In this document: positions 12,551-25,099 of the stretch, in pieces
Position numbering within the stretch: position 1 is the first letter of the stretch
How the letters are laid out: the number at the start of each line of letters is the position of its first letter
NCBI RefSeq assembly: GCF_009914755.1
Contig: NC_060936.1
Length of the DNA stretch: 64,000 bases
Source: the human T2T-CHM13v2.0 reference genome, Homo sapiens
Direction: 5' to 3' (one strand)
Made by a program: the position numbers and the translations under genes
Notes under the pieces: generated by a model
Database searches by the model: none
The model's input: only the letters and a program-made list of their open reading frames with translations
Told to the model about the DNA's origin: nothing

Positions 12551-14344
12551 GTTTGTTGAAATATTAATATTCAGGTAGTAATGTTTTTAACTTTGGCTTA
12601 AATTAAGTTTTAATTTCATTGTTTGCAAAGCAAATTCCTTGATTACACTTAAATAGAAGATACTTAAATCAATTACTTTAGTCAAGTTTTTTTCCCCACC
12701 TACTGTTCTTAAGTTAATGATAATGTCTATCACCAGGACATGGTTTTTTGACCTAAATAGCCATGTGACACACAGAGAGAACCTGAAAAGAAAAGACCAA
12801 CGTATAGGCAGTTGGACTAAACAAGCCTGATAAACTAATCGCGTCAATATGGAGGCACAATTCAGACTCATGGAGAAATACATGAGAAGTTTTAGGGCAC
12901 GTTTTTGTCGTTGCTCAGCAAAGGACATTTTTCACGTAACAAATAAGATGAATTAAATGAAATAAATCAATGGCCTTAAGAACAGTAATACTTTTTATAC
13001 TAAGATCTATGGATACTAGTCAAAATATGTGCCTCTTTCTCAGTGTTTATAATAATGGACCTGGCTATTATTTTTCTTGGAAGAATATTTGCTCTTTTTA
13101 ATTATCTCCATCACTAGTTCCCTATACTGATATACACCATTAAGTAGTTTCTCTCAAGTTCAACACTCTAGATGCAGGGAGAAAGGGGACATTCTTTCAT
13201 TGTATTAAGAATATTATTCAATAATAATTAACTACCTACTATAGACTAGGGGTTAAGGATAGAAAGATGACCAAAACATGAGTTTTGTCCTCAAGGGAAC
13301 TCAGTTTCTCTCCACTTATAATCTAAAATCAACAAGAATTTTCAACAAAATGATATAAAAATAGTAGTAGGCAAAGTGTCCCAGAATTCTTTCTCAGCCC
13401 AGGATTTTTCTTGCTGGAACTCACTTCATTTAGTAGAAGTGCCAGAAACTATGCTACTTCACCTTCCTGGGAGAAAATGGAAAATAAAAAAGCAAAAGTT
13501 TGGAATTAATTTTTAAATGGGAGATATATAGACTCCAGTACACAGAGGATCCTTAAGGCATATAATAGGATAAGCAATGCAAAAAAAAGTTCTATGATTT
13601 TTTAAACGTTACTACAAGTTCATTAATTATTTTGTAATGGTAGACAAAAAGTTGATGGCAAGTTAAATAAATTGATTTAAAATTTACAGAAGTTTGTGTG
13701 ACGGTTTGGTCTTTATCTCCTATGTTTTAAAATCCCTCACATGTTTAAGATGTACATTATACTTAAATAATTCTGGTGCTTTTTTTGATCATTCGCTTCA
13801 AGTACCAGAGTGATATTGACATTATTCACTCAGGTAAATATATTTATCTTGCCTTGAGTGGCTGCTTTTGTGATAACATCTCTTCACATAGGAAAATAGG
13901 AAGAGGAAAAGGAAGAGGTGGAAGAGGCATTTATAATTTCTCACAATTTAAGAAATAATAATTTCTCACAAAAATTTAAGTTCCTAATGGCTACTTTTGT
14001 ACTTAAAAAAGCACTAATTAAGCATAACTATATGAACTGGGAAGATACTTTACTTAAATGAAGGGAGCAGAGATTCCTCTCCATGATATCTGCCAGGCAA
14101 ATCCAAGTATAGATGAGGCAAAGGAGAACAACACACACAGAGGGCTGTAATGCAACTTTTCTCTCTACACTTTGCTCTTCTGGATTCTGGGAGCTGTGGA
14201 TTCTATTATTTGCCAATAAGCCAGGAGTAAAAGGTAAGAAACTCTTGAGAGCTGAGTGAACATTATTAATATGATATCCTTGTCTTCTGAATTGGGCTCA
14301 AAAAGTTTCTTTTTTAATTTTCAATTTTAAAATGCACAAAAAAA

Positions 14345-14675
14345 TTTTTCTACCATAGTTACCTCGTGCTAGCAAATAGTAAGTCTTTCTAATTTACTCT
14401 AACACTTTTTTTGTATCCATTAACTATTCCCCCTGCCCCCTGCTGCACTGACGACCCTTCTCAGCCTCTAGTAACCATCCTCCTACTCTCGGTCTCCATT
14501 AGTTCAATTGTTTTAAATTTTAACTGTCACAGATAAGTGAGAACATGTGATATTTGTCTTCCTGTGTCTGGCTTATTTCACATAACATAATGACCTCCAG
14601 TTCCATCCATGTTGTTGCAAATGACAGGATCTCATTCCTTTTTATGGTTGGATAGTACTCCATCATGCATATGTG
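14345..14675 (-). mobile_element. L1MA 3'-end fragment
   Basis: gtgagaacatgtgatatttgtc...ggcttatttcac...atgacctccagttccatccatgttgttgcaaatgacaggatctcattc. Confidence 0.8.
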
Positions 14676-15034
14676 AAAGTGGACTAAAAGAAGCTTTGTT
14701 TGTTTTGTGATGAATTGTAATTATTTCCTATCTCTTTTGTCATAGGATGCACAATTTAAAGGTGTTGTTTGTGATATCTGAGCTGCCATGAGTATAGTGG
14801 AGTGTAGGAATGAGTAAATAACAGAAATATACTCATTGATGTCCAGTAAACTATTTGTTCCTACATATTATCATTTCTGACAGCATTATGCAATTGGATT
14901 TTTGTCATTGTTGTTACTACTGTACGTAATTTTTTTTTGTAAAATGCACTATACTATTGAGTGTAATTTTGAGAGTCACAAACTCAGATTTCAGAAAATT
15001 ATCAGAAAAGGATCATGTTAATAATTACATAAAG

Positions 15035-15270
15035 CAGGGTTTCCAAATTGGCGGCCACGCAGGTCAAGTCCAACCCTTTTATGTTTTGTTTGAACAGTAC
15101 AGTGCTTTGTTTGGTTTTTATTTTTAGTTGAATTTGAGGTCCTTTAGAAAGGGCATGCATGCCTTAGTTTCCCATTTCTCCAACATGCCCTATTGTCTTT
15201 AGCCCACTGTCTTCTCATGCCTGAATACATCACCTGCCTGACCCCAAAGTCATCCAAGTGTGTAACCCTG
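15035..15270. mobile_element. hAT-Charlie non-autonomous element (MER102-like)
   Basis: Inverted ends cagggtttccaaa ... tgtgtaaccctg; internal tgttttgtttg and ttgaggtcctttag resemble MER102. A similar copy lies at ~26140-26348. Confidence 0.5.
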
Positions 15271-15371
15271 AATTCAAGAATTCATTTAATCAATAGAAGA
15301 AAATTATAACCTGAAGGAAAAGTCAAGTTCTTTACATTTTCTTAAATCCTTTTTCTAATGATTTTTCACAG

Positions 15372-15479
15372 GAGGTACTGAAGAAAGAAATTGGCAGACT
15401 AGAAGAGTTCTTTCAAGATGTAAATACTTGTCATCTTCCTCTGAACCCTGCCCTATGTATAAAAGGGATTGATCACGAT
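15372..15479 (+). CDS. PIK3C2G: PIK3C2G exon: EVLKKEIGRLEEFFQDVNTCHLPLNPALCIKGIDHD
   Basis: ttttcacag acceptor; 108 nt; PI3K LPLNP motif; donor GAT|gtaagt. Confidence 0.95.
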
Positions 15480-16954
15480 GTAAGTCAACTTATTCCTCAG
15501 ATTAATGGAATATTTCTGTTTTGTATAGTTTAGTTCATTGTATATGTTTGAAATGGCAAAAAGAATTCGTAAGTTGACACTGCAATTATTTTAACGAAAA
15601 AGTAACTGAATCCATTTACATTGTGTTTTCCCTTTGATACACTAAGACCAGTTGGGATCACATTGGCCTTATCATATGATTTGTTTATTTGGAAACAAAC
15701 TATCCATCAGTTCAGTGAAAAAAAAAAAAATAGAGGAACATAGAGGAACATATCGCTGGGTTAATTTCTTGACTCATTAAAAATGATTGATTTGGTGACC
15801 CCATGCAGGCTGGGTATAATTTCATGGTTTATTTAGACTATGTGCATAACCATACCTAGTACACGAACATTAGTCATTAGCTACAACATTTCTATTTTGA
15901 TTCGATTTAAAATTTATTGATTCTAATATGTCAGTGTGTCATATAGTTTGTGATTTTACTCACGCCTAGAAAGCCCATCTTGGCATTGTCAGACTCACAA
16001 CTTCCTAAGCCTTCTCTTCCTAATCCTCTGTCATATGGTACCTCTTCAGTCACACTTCTCTGACTTAGAATCATTCTTTCTCCCTTGTTCCTGATAAGCT
16101 TTATTATCTTCCTTCTCAAAAGCCCAAGAGTACAAAGACACTAACAGAGAAAATTATGAATATGTTAGATTTAAAAGTGAAGAGGTTAAGCTATCATGCA
16201 CGGACAATAAATGTTACCTAACTGAAGTCATAAGACAGTCAAGAAAACAAACCCAATAATTAGGTGAAAAATTAGACCATTATTACTGTGAATGTAAAAT
16301 GTTTTGCTAAAAACTTGATACCATCATCTTTATCACTTTGCCACAAGTAAGACTCCCTGAAAATTTTTTGATATGCTTCATAAATATATTTTGAAACATA
16401 ACAAAATAAGGCTTCAAATTCCTTAAACTGAGATATGTCTGTCTGGGCTGAAATCCAAATCATTACTAATTTTCAAAAAATTGCCCAACTTTTTCATCAT
16501 CAGCAGTATTCTTGTCTAATGCTGCACATATGTAGGAACTCAGCATTTCAAAGACACTGTACCTTAATGTAGAAAGAACAACAGGGATCACTGAGTCCAT
16601 GTATTTTTTGTTTGTTTGTTTTTGCTTTTGCTTTATTGGCTGCTTGTTTTAAAGGAGAAGAGTGTTTTTGTTTTTGTTTTTTTTCACTTAAAATTACATA
16701 TAAGTTTGGCATGTGCAGGTGCACCGGCTGGGCCAGGGGTCAGCTGCCCAGGAGTCACCACCCCTAGTGCTGCAGGTGGGACCACACTCCTTCCCTATAT
16801 AGCACCCTACGGTTAGCAGTACTTTTCCTGCAGAAGCTGTCCCAAGTAGAACCACTGTCTGGTTCCATTTGCTCTGACTAGCTATGCCTGGCACAGGGTT
16901 GGGCACCTATGGGTACAACAATGAACAGGACAGACATGGCCAGGTGACACCATC

Positions 16955-17709
<755 letters not shown>

Positions 17710-18789
17710 AGCGTGGCTCTCAAAGGCAAAGAGCAAGGGGCTCAGGTCTGAGCTAAACTGTCTTTATAAGACAAATTCTCAACCTTTGCCTCCCACCCCT
17801 ACCCACAAACCATTAATCACAATGAACCATTCCCTATTTCCTTTTAAATCACTAAAGGATGGACCAAGTGGGAGAGTGGGAGGAACTGAATGCAATTCTT
17901 CCCCACTACTTAGGGAAAACAAGCACCAGGTATTTCATTTACTTACTGGTTTCTTTTTCAACTAATTTTTAGATATCTGTCATTAATGTGTGCTTCTCAA
18001 GGACAGAGATCCTATCTTCCTTTCTTCCAGCTTTTCTATCTTATTATACCATCTCCATAAAATCCTCCTCTAAGACTCTGATTAATTCTTCCATCCATGG
18101 GCATTCCAATCTACTTTATAACTATCACTCTAATCTAATATCTTATCATTTGCCTCTTTCTATCTAGAAAACCCTTGCTTCTGTCTATTTGCTAATCTAT
18201 GGCCCTCAAAATCTTCAAGATCTAGTAAAACTCTGAAAATTTTTTTCTTAAAATGTGGCTTCATTCAATGATGATAAACTATCCTGTGAATTATTTTCAA
18301 CTTAATATGTGTGTGTGTGGGTGGGTGTGGGTGTGTGTCTGTGTGTGTACCACCAAATTTAATAGGCTTTGTGAGGGGAGATGTAGTGTTTCTTTTTTTA
18401 GCATATAATGTGCATACTAGTTGTTGAATACATATTTTTGACAATCACTCAAATATATACCGCACATGAAAACCAAGATGTGAAACAATAAAAGCAGAAT
18501 GTCTCTGGGTGGTAGTTAAAAAGATAGGCTAAGCCTTGCCTTCAGCCTCCCTGAACTTGGGATAACTCAAAGAGATTCCCCACATATTCAATGAGCAGAA
18601 TTTAAAAACCACTGATCTACACTCATTTCTTGCCTCATACAGAATTTGCTAATTCAATACCATGATATATGGTCATGTGATCCCTAATTAGCTGACTTTT
18701 GCAACAGAATTTCATTGCTTAACAAGCATCCTCACCCATAAAACTATAAAACATCTATTTTTGTTTCTAGATAAAACATCTACATCTAT

Positions 18790-19013
18790 AAAATATCTAT
18801 TTCTTAACTGACCTATCAACACAAATCTAACCCAATTTCTAACTAAACAATCCCTTGCTTACTGAATCAATTTGATTTTTCAAATTGAAAGTAGAAAATA
18901 TCTATTTTCCATCTCTTAAACTCTTGCTTATGATTCAGTAAGCAAGGGTTTGTGTTTAGTTAAGATATTGGGTTAGATTTGTGTTGATAGGTCAGTTAAG
19001 AAATAGATATTTT
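18790..19013. repeat. Long inverted repeat: arms 18790-18869 and 18931-19013, 61 bp spacer
   Basis: The reverse complement of the right arm matches the left arm perfectly over the outer 47 bp and the inner 18 bp, with small indels between. Confidence 0.95.
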
Positions 19014-19982
19014 CTCTCAACTTCTAATTTCAGACTTCTTGTAGATAACGTTGTTCAAGCTGATCTTTCAACATGCATTGATGTCATATTTTACTAAGTT
19101 GATAAATTGAAAGCATAGAGTCTTTTTCCTTTCTTTATATTGAATGAAGTCTTCAATGCCATCATGAACTCTCTAATAGCCTAAAGACATACAGCTTTTC
19201 AATGCTTAATTGTAAGAAAATAAGAGGAAAACAGGCAACTAGGAAAGTAGAGTGAAAAGTAGTCAACATCACAAAGCTGAAAATGCAAATGGAAGGTGTA
19301 ATTACTGGAAATGAGAAGACAAAATATATGTTGTACTGCTATTTATAAAAAACAAGAAAATGTTCATTAACTAAAAGATAAAGAAAAATGTAAGGATTTT
19401 TCAAAGTACCTGATTAGTGTCAGGCATTGTAAAAGGTATCTTATATCCGTTAGTTCCTGAATCTATCACAAAGATGTATGAGGGAGAGGTTACTTTCTCC
19501 ACTTTACAGCAAATTAGTTATAAAGCTTAGATTTGAACTCAAGCCTTTCTTAACTTTCTATCTATTTTTCCTTAAAGTATTCTGCAAGGTAGAAATAATG
19601 GAAGGGAAATAAAGTTTTTAAAATAAAATTTTAACTTTTATCTACTAACCAGCTAGCATAAGCCAATATTCATACACTGCTTAGTTCATTTAAACCTCAA
19701 ACATATCACTACTGTTCACTGAGGAAAAAACGTGGTTGAAGATCTGTAATCTGTCAAAAAGCTGGCTTCTTGGTTTCAAAGTAAAGGCTCCAGTTGATGG
19801 ACTAAATTTTTTAAAATTTGTATGTTTCTGTGTTCCAAAGTATAAAAATTATTCATATGTGTTACATTTGTTCATACAACAAAGTCTGCAAGGGGCTATG
19901 ATTTTGGGGAAAAGGTTTGCTTTTTGGGGATTGGGGTCTGATTTATTTTGCTCACTAGTTTTCCCTTTTTCTTTTCCTATAG

Positions 19983-20075
19983 GCATGTTCATATTTTACA
20001 TCTAATGCTTTGCCATTGAAGATTACTTTCATCAATGCTAATCCGATGGGCAAAAACATCAGCATTATTTTTAAG
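19983..20075 (+). CDS. PIK3C2G: PIK3C2G exon (kinase N-lobe, ends in the catalytic Lys): ACSYFTSNALPLKITFINANPMGKNISIIFK
   Basis: Long pyrimidine tract and cctatag acceptor; 93 nt; S-x-x-x-PL and IIFK motifs; donor AAG|gtatgg. Confidence 0.95.
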
Positions 20076-21539
20076 GTATGGTAGCGCTCTTAAAACATGA
20101 ATTGATTCCATACACAGAACTATCGATTTATTACTCACAAAAAGAAATTGTTGTGGCTATTTTCCTCCAGCAACAACACATAGGTTTTTCAGTTATTTTA
20201 GAGTCTGCCTTTTTACAGGATTATATATAGTATGTGCCAAACTCCAATTGGCAATAAATCAAACATTACTGGCTCAAAGCCAGGGAGCCTTCAGTGCAAA
20301 ACCTAAGAGAATATAATTCAGTAAATGAAGTGATATGATTGCTTTTAAGTGGCAGATAAAGTTGAATGTGAGGAAAGTTTTATTTTGGTCTAGATACTAA
20401 ATTGGGATCAAAATTAACTGGAACTGAAATGACATAAGTTAATTTAACATTAAATTCTTGCCTGCTAGCACTTGTTCATTTTAGTAATTTGAGTTTTTTT
20501 TAATAAAAAAGTAAATATGGGTCATTTCAGTCTTCATCATTAATCCCACTGGAAAAACAGAGAAAAGGTAGTAACAGGTTTATAAGCACGTAGGAAAGAG
20601 GGAACAGAGAGGGAGATTAGGGTAAAAAGTAAGAATATGCCCGTCTTCCAGTTTATTTGGCCAATTATTCAGCCAAGCCCGTGCAACAAGGTCTCAGAGT
20701 GAATCTTTGGTGAATTCTCACTGTCTATTTTGGAGGATAATGAGTAGTGTGCCCAGACTTTTGCTTTGTCATGTCACCTCAAGAGTTAGTGGTCCCACAA
20801 TGCTGTACTTTTCATGAAGGGGAAAAAAGAAAACACAAAATCTTATCTTGGCAGGATTTTCCGTGTATAATTTAGAAAGTGTTTTCAAAACGAAATTTCT
20901 TATTTGTTTAAAAGGATAGAACTATCCTTCCCCTTTGGACATATGCAATCTCCTTAACCAATACATGACTATCACCACTTTATCATTTCTTATTATCAAA
21001 AATCATTTTCTCTGAAAACCTTTTAACTATCTTCAAAATAATTTGAGAAATCACTGATTTAAAGTCTAATCAATCATATGGATGCTATTTATACTCCCAG
21101 TCAAGAAGCTCTTGGTATTCTAACTGCATATCGGTGCATAAATTTATGACATACCAAATAATGTTTCACTTAGAAAGAGATCTCTCTTGGCTAAGTTTGA
21201 AATTTGAATAAACATTCATCCAGCCTGTCTTTGCCAGACTTTGAATCTGAGAAATCACACGTGGATAATAAATTGAAAATTATTATCAAGGAACAACATT
21301 CCAAGCAGCACCTCTAATTTGATGGTTGAAGCTTCTGTAATTATTTAAAAGGAAGTTCTCATTTAAAAATTTTTTTTATCAGAAACACAAGGTAATTTTA
21401 GTGCTAACAAAACCATTAAAACCACTCTAAGTCAGGCTAGAAATGTATCCAAGGAGAAAAGTGACATGTACTGTATTTGACTGCTTTTAATTAACAAATT
21501 CAAGGAAAAACCCAGGGTCTATAATTTTGTTTTTAACAG

Positions 21540-21669
21540 GCTGGAGATGATCTTCGTCAGGATATGCTTGTTCTGCAGCTTATTCAAGTGATGGACAATA
21601 TTTGGCTGCAGGAAGGCTTGGATATGCAAATGATCATTTATAGATGTCTATCCACAGGAAAAGACCAAG
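21540..21669 (+). CDS. PIK3C2G: PIK3C2G exon: [43 protein letters not shown](G)
   Basis: ttttaacag acceptor; 130 nt; GDDLRQD PI3K signature; donor AAG|gtcagt; overlaps supplied ORF 21564..21776. Confidence 0.97.
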
Positions 21670-23885
21670 GTCAGTATAGATTAGAAAGTGCGCTGGCTCA
21701 CATTATTTATTTCACACATTCACTAGTAATAGGCTACGAAACTTTCTCCAGCTTTCGTTTTAAACTACAAGTTTGAAAATCCAAAGAACTATACACATTC
21801 TTCTTTTTTTAAAGAATTATTTTCAAAAATGATAAGCCAACAGAATTTATATAAAGCATAATATGCTTTTAGGTATTAATTAGGACCTTCACATTACAAA
21901 TGTTAACTGTGATTTTATTTTATGTGTCTTTAAGAGTGAGTTTCATTAATAACTTACTGTTATTTTTCTCATTTTCTTATATAAAGCCTACTCATTTTTA
22001 AAAGAATACAATTGTTACTTATTAACACAAAATCTACACATTTTCAAGTGCTGAAAGGAGTTCTGGAAATCCTAAACACATTATAAACCTTAATTTAATT
22101 TCTAAAATACTTTTGAGTAGATAAAATATCAACAGTCAATGTTGGCCACACATGTAAATATTGAACATATGTCAGCATTTCTTTTCCTTTATAAAAGCCA
22201 AGAAATCAATATGAAAACATAATTATACTTATGCACATTTTCAGTGAAAGTAATGTCAATAGACCACCCAAATTATTACTAAAACATCAGAGGTAGAATT
22301 GCACTTAATTACAATAATGCCAAATTAAAGAGACAACAATATCTAAGATATCTTATAAATTTTTTTACATATAACCATTGCCACTTAGAATTTTATTAAA
22401 TTAATTGGTATGAATTATAGCACATACATGTGCATAAACAAAGGGATGAAATCATAGAACTGGAGAGGGGATCTAGACCATGTAGTCATTTTTTTTTTTT
22501 TAATTCAAGCAGAGCTACAATTTAAACCTGTCATCACAAGAGAACTGTCATGCCATGGATCCTCACTGCCTGAGGTCCCACCAGCAGGCTCAATACCCCA
22601 GTCAACAGTTGAGATTTTAGATGCTAAGTATGAAAACACCTCCAAATTCACTCGCCACTTAATACCTTACAATGACTGCATTACAGTCGTACTAGCCAAT
22701 TGATTTGATTCTGATAACAGGGCTCCTACTTCCATGCCAAGTGTCCCACTCTAAATACTTTCTAAATCTCTAGTTCCTACAACAGTCATTTATCCTTGCT
22801 ACCATGAGATTGTTATTCCTTGCATCTTACCCTACTTTTTCTCACGTAAGTGACCTAATGCTTTCCTATCCTAAAATGCTGAAATAGAATAATGCTACAT
22901 AATCCAAGCTGAGATCTTTGATGTTACATGAATCACCTTTTCTCCAGATATTGAATAAATTACTGATCCCAGTGGAATTTTTAAATTTCATCTCATTTCT
23001 ATTTATAATCATGGAATGTAACCAAGGCTGAATCTTTTAGTTAATAAAATAATTCAGCAGAAATAACTATAGACTTATCCAAAGTTGTAGATGTCGCAAG
23101 ACAAAAGTTATTTTTCTTCTCTGTCTACCAACAACAACCTTCAATAGCTGTAAGATTTCAGAGGGCATTATACTGACAAAATAATTCTTCAAGAAAAATA
23201 GAGATCATTAAAACAAATATCATTTTTAGAAGATTAGGTTGCATTTTTAATCAGGTTCCAAGGCTTACTGAATACCTACTTTTCTCAAGAAATGTCACAA
23301 CGTGAGATGGGAAATGCATGCTAAAATGAGCTAAATAGAGTTGTGCCCTTGAGGAGAGTAAACTCCAGTTTCCACGAAGTTTCCATGACTTTATCAACAT
23401 TATTGCTGAGTATCATTCTCATGGTCACTTTGTATGTAATGTCCTAGGAGTTCTGAGAGAAATTTTCAGGGCAAATAAAAATTCTTCAGGATTTATTTTA
23501 TCATTGGTCCCCCAACTTTGATGAACATAAAAATTACATAGGGGGATGGAAAGAGTAGATACAACCTACCCCCAACCCAAGCGCACTAAATCAGACTTCC
23601 CCGGAGGTGGAGGAGAGGCTCAAAGGTTGATTGCAAAACGCTGCTCAGGTGTTTCTTATGCACCCTTGTCTGAAAGACACCGCCTCATACAACACCACCT
23701 TGGGTAATTTTATCCCTAAGAGCCTTGCTACTTAAAGTGTGAACCACAGACCCACAGCACTGACATCACCTAGGAACTTGTTAGAAATGCAGAATCTCAG
23801 GCCGCACGCCTGCCATACTCAATTAGAACATTTTAACAAAATCTCCAAACATATTAGTGCGTTTTCACACTGCTATAAATACCTG

Positions 23886-25099
23886 TGAGAGGTGACAGCG
23901 TGCTGGCAGTCCTCACAGCCCTCGCTCGCTCTCGGCGCCTCCTCTGCCTGGGCTCCCACTTTGGCGGCACTTGAGGAGCCCTTCAGCCGGCCGCTGCTGT
24001 GTGGGAGCCCCTTTCTGGGCTGGCCAAGGCCGGAGCTGGCTCCCTCAGCTTGCGGGGAGTTATGGAGGGAGAGGCGCGGCCGGGAACCGGGCTGCGCCCA
24101 GTGCTTGCCGGCCGGCTGGAGTTCCAGGTGGGCGTGGGCTTGGCGGGCCCCGCACTCGGAGCGGCCGGCCGGCCCTGCCGGCCCGGGCAATGAGGAGCTT
24201 AGCACCTTGGCCAGCGGCGGCGGAGGGTGTGCTGGGTCCCCCAGCAGTGCCGGCCCACCAGCGCTGCGCTGGATTTCTCGCCGGGCCTTAGCTGCCTTCC
24301 CGCGGGGCAAGGCTCGGGACCTGCAGCCAGCCATGCCTGAGCCTCCCCAAGCCTCCATGTGCTCCTGTGCAGCCGAGCCTCCCCTACGAGCGCGGCCCCC
24401 TGCTCCACGGCGCCCAGTCCCATCGACCACCTAAGGGCTGAGGAGTGTGGGCGCACGGCGCAGGACTGGCAGGCAGCTCCACCTGCAGCCCCAATGCGAG
24501 ATCCACTGGGTGACGCCAGCTGGGCTCCTGAGTCTGGTAGGGACGTGAACCTTTACCTCTACCTCAGGGATTGTAAATGCACCAATCAGCGCCGTGTCAA
24601 AACAGACCACTCGGCTCTACCAATCAGCAGGATGTGGGTGGAGCCAGATAAAAGAATAAAAGCAGGCTGCCCAAGCCAGCAGTGGCAACCCACTCAGGTC
24701 CCCTTCCACACTGTGGAAGCTTTGTTCTCTCGCTCTTTGCAATAAATCCTGCTGCTGCTCACTCTTTGGGTCCACACTGCCTTTATGAGCTGCAACCCTC
24801 ACCGCGAAGGTCTGTAGCTTCACTCCTGAAACCAGCGGGACCACGAACCCACCGGGAGGAACGAACAACTCCAGACACACCGCCTTAAGAGCTGTAACAC
24901 TCACCGCGTAGGTCCGCAGCTTCACTCCTGAGCCAGCGAGACCACGAACCCACCAGAAGGAAGAAACTCCGAACACATCCGAACATCAGAAAGAACAAAC
25001 TCCAGACGCGCCACCTTAAGAGCTGTAACACTCACCGCGAAGGTCCGCGGCTTCATTCTTGAAGTCAGTGAGACCAGGAACCCAGCAATTCCGGACGCA
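23886..25099 (+). mobile_element. LTR12 (ERV9) solo LTR, LTR12C-like, with 4 bp TSD CCTG
   Basis: Starts TGAGAGGTGACAGCGTGCTGGC and ends ATTCCGGACGCA; cctg at 23882-23885 and 25100-25103; CpG-rich 5' half; three U5 repeats gagctg(t/c)aac(a/c)ctcaccgcg. Confidence 0.95.
24582..24746 (+). promoter_or_regulatory. LTR12 core promoter and poly(A) motifs
   Basis: CCAAT at 24582 and 24620, AGATAA at 24646, TATA-like AATAAAA at 24655, poly(A) signal AATAAA at 24741. Activity is not demonstrated. Confidence 0.6.

Noticed and set aside
12587-12928. 113 aa antisense ORF next to the first exon
   Set aside because: Hydrophobic composition driven by AT-rich sequence; no motif or supporting signals.
23873-24976. 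Overlapping 100-185 aa ORFs on both strands, and an apparent CpG-island promoter
   Set aside because: They lie within the GC-rich LTR12, where stop codons are scarce. There is no protein motif, and the CpG density comes from the LTR.
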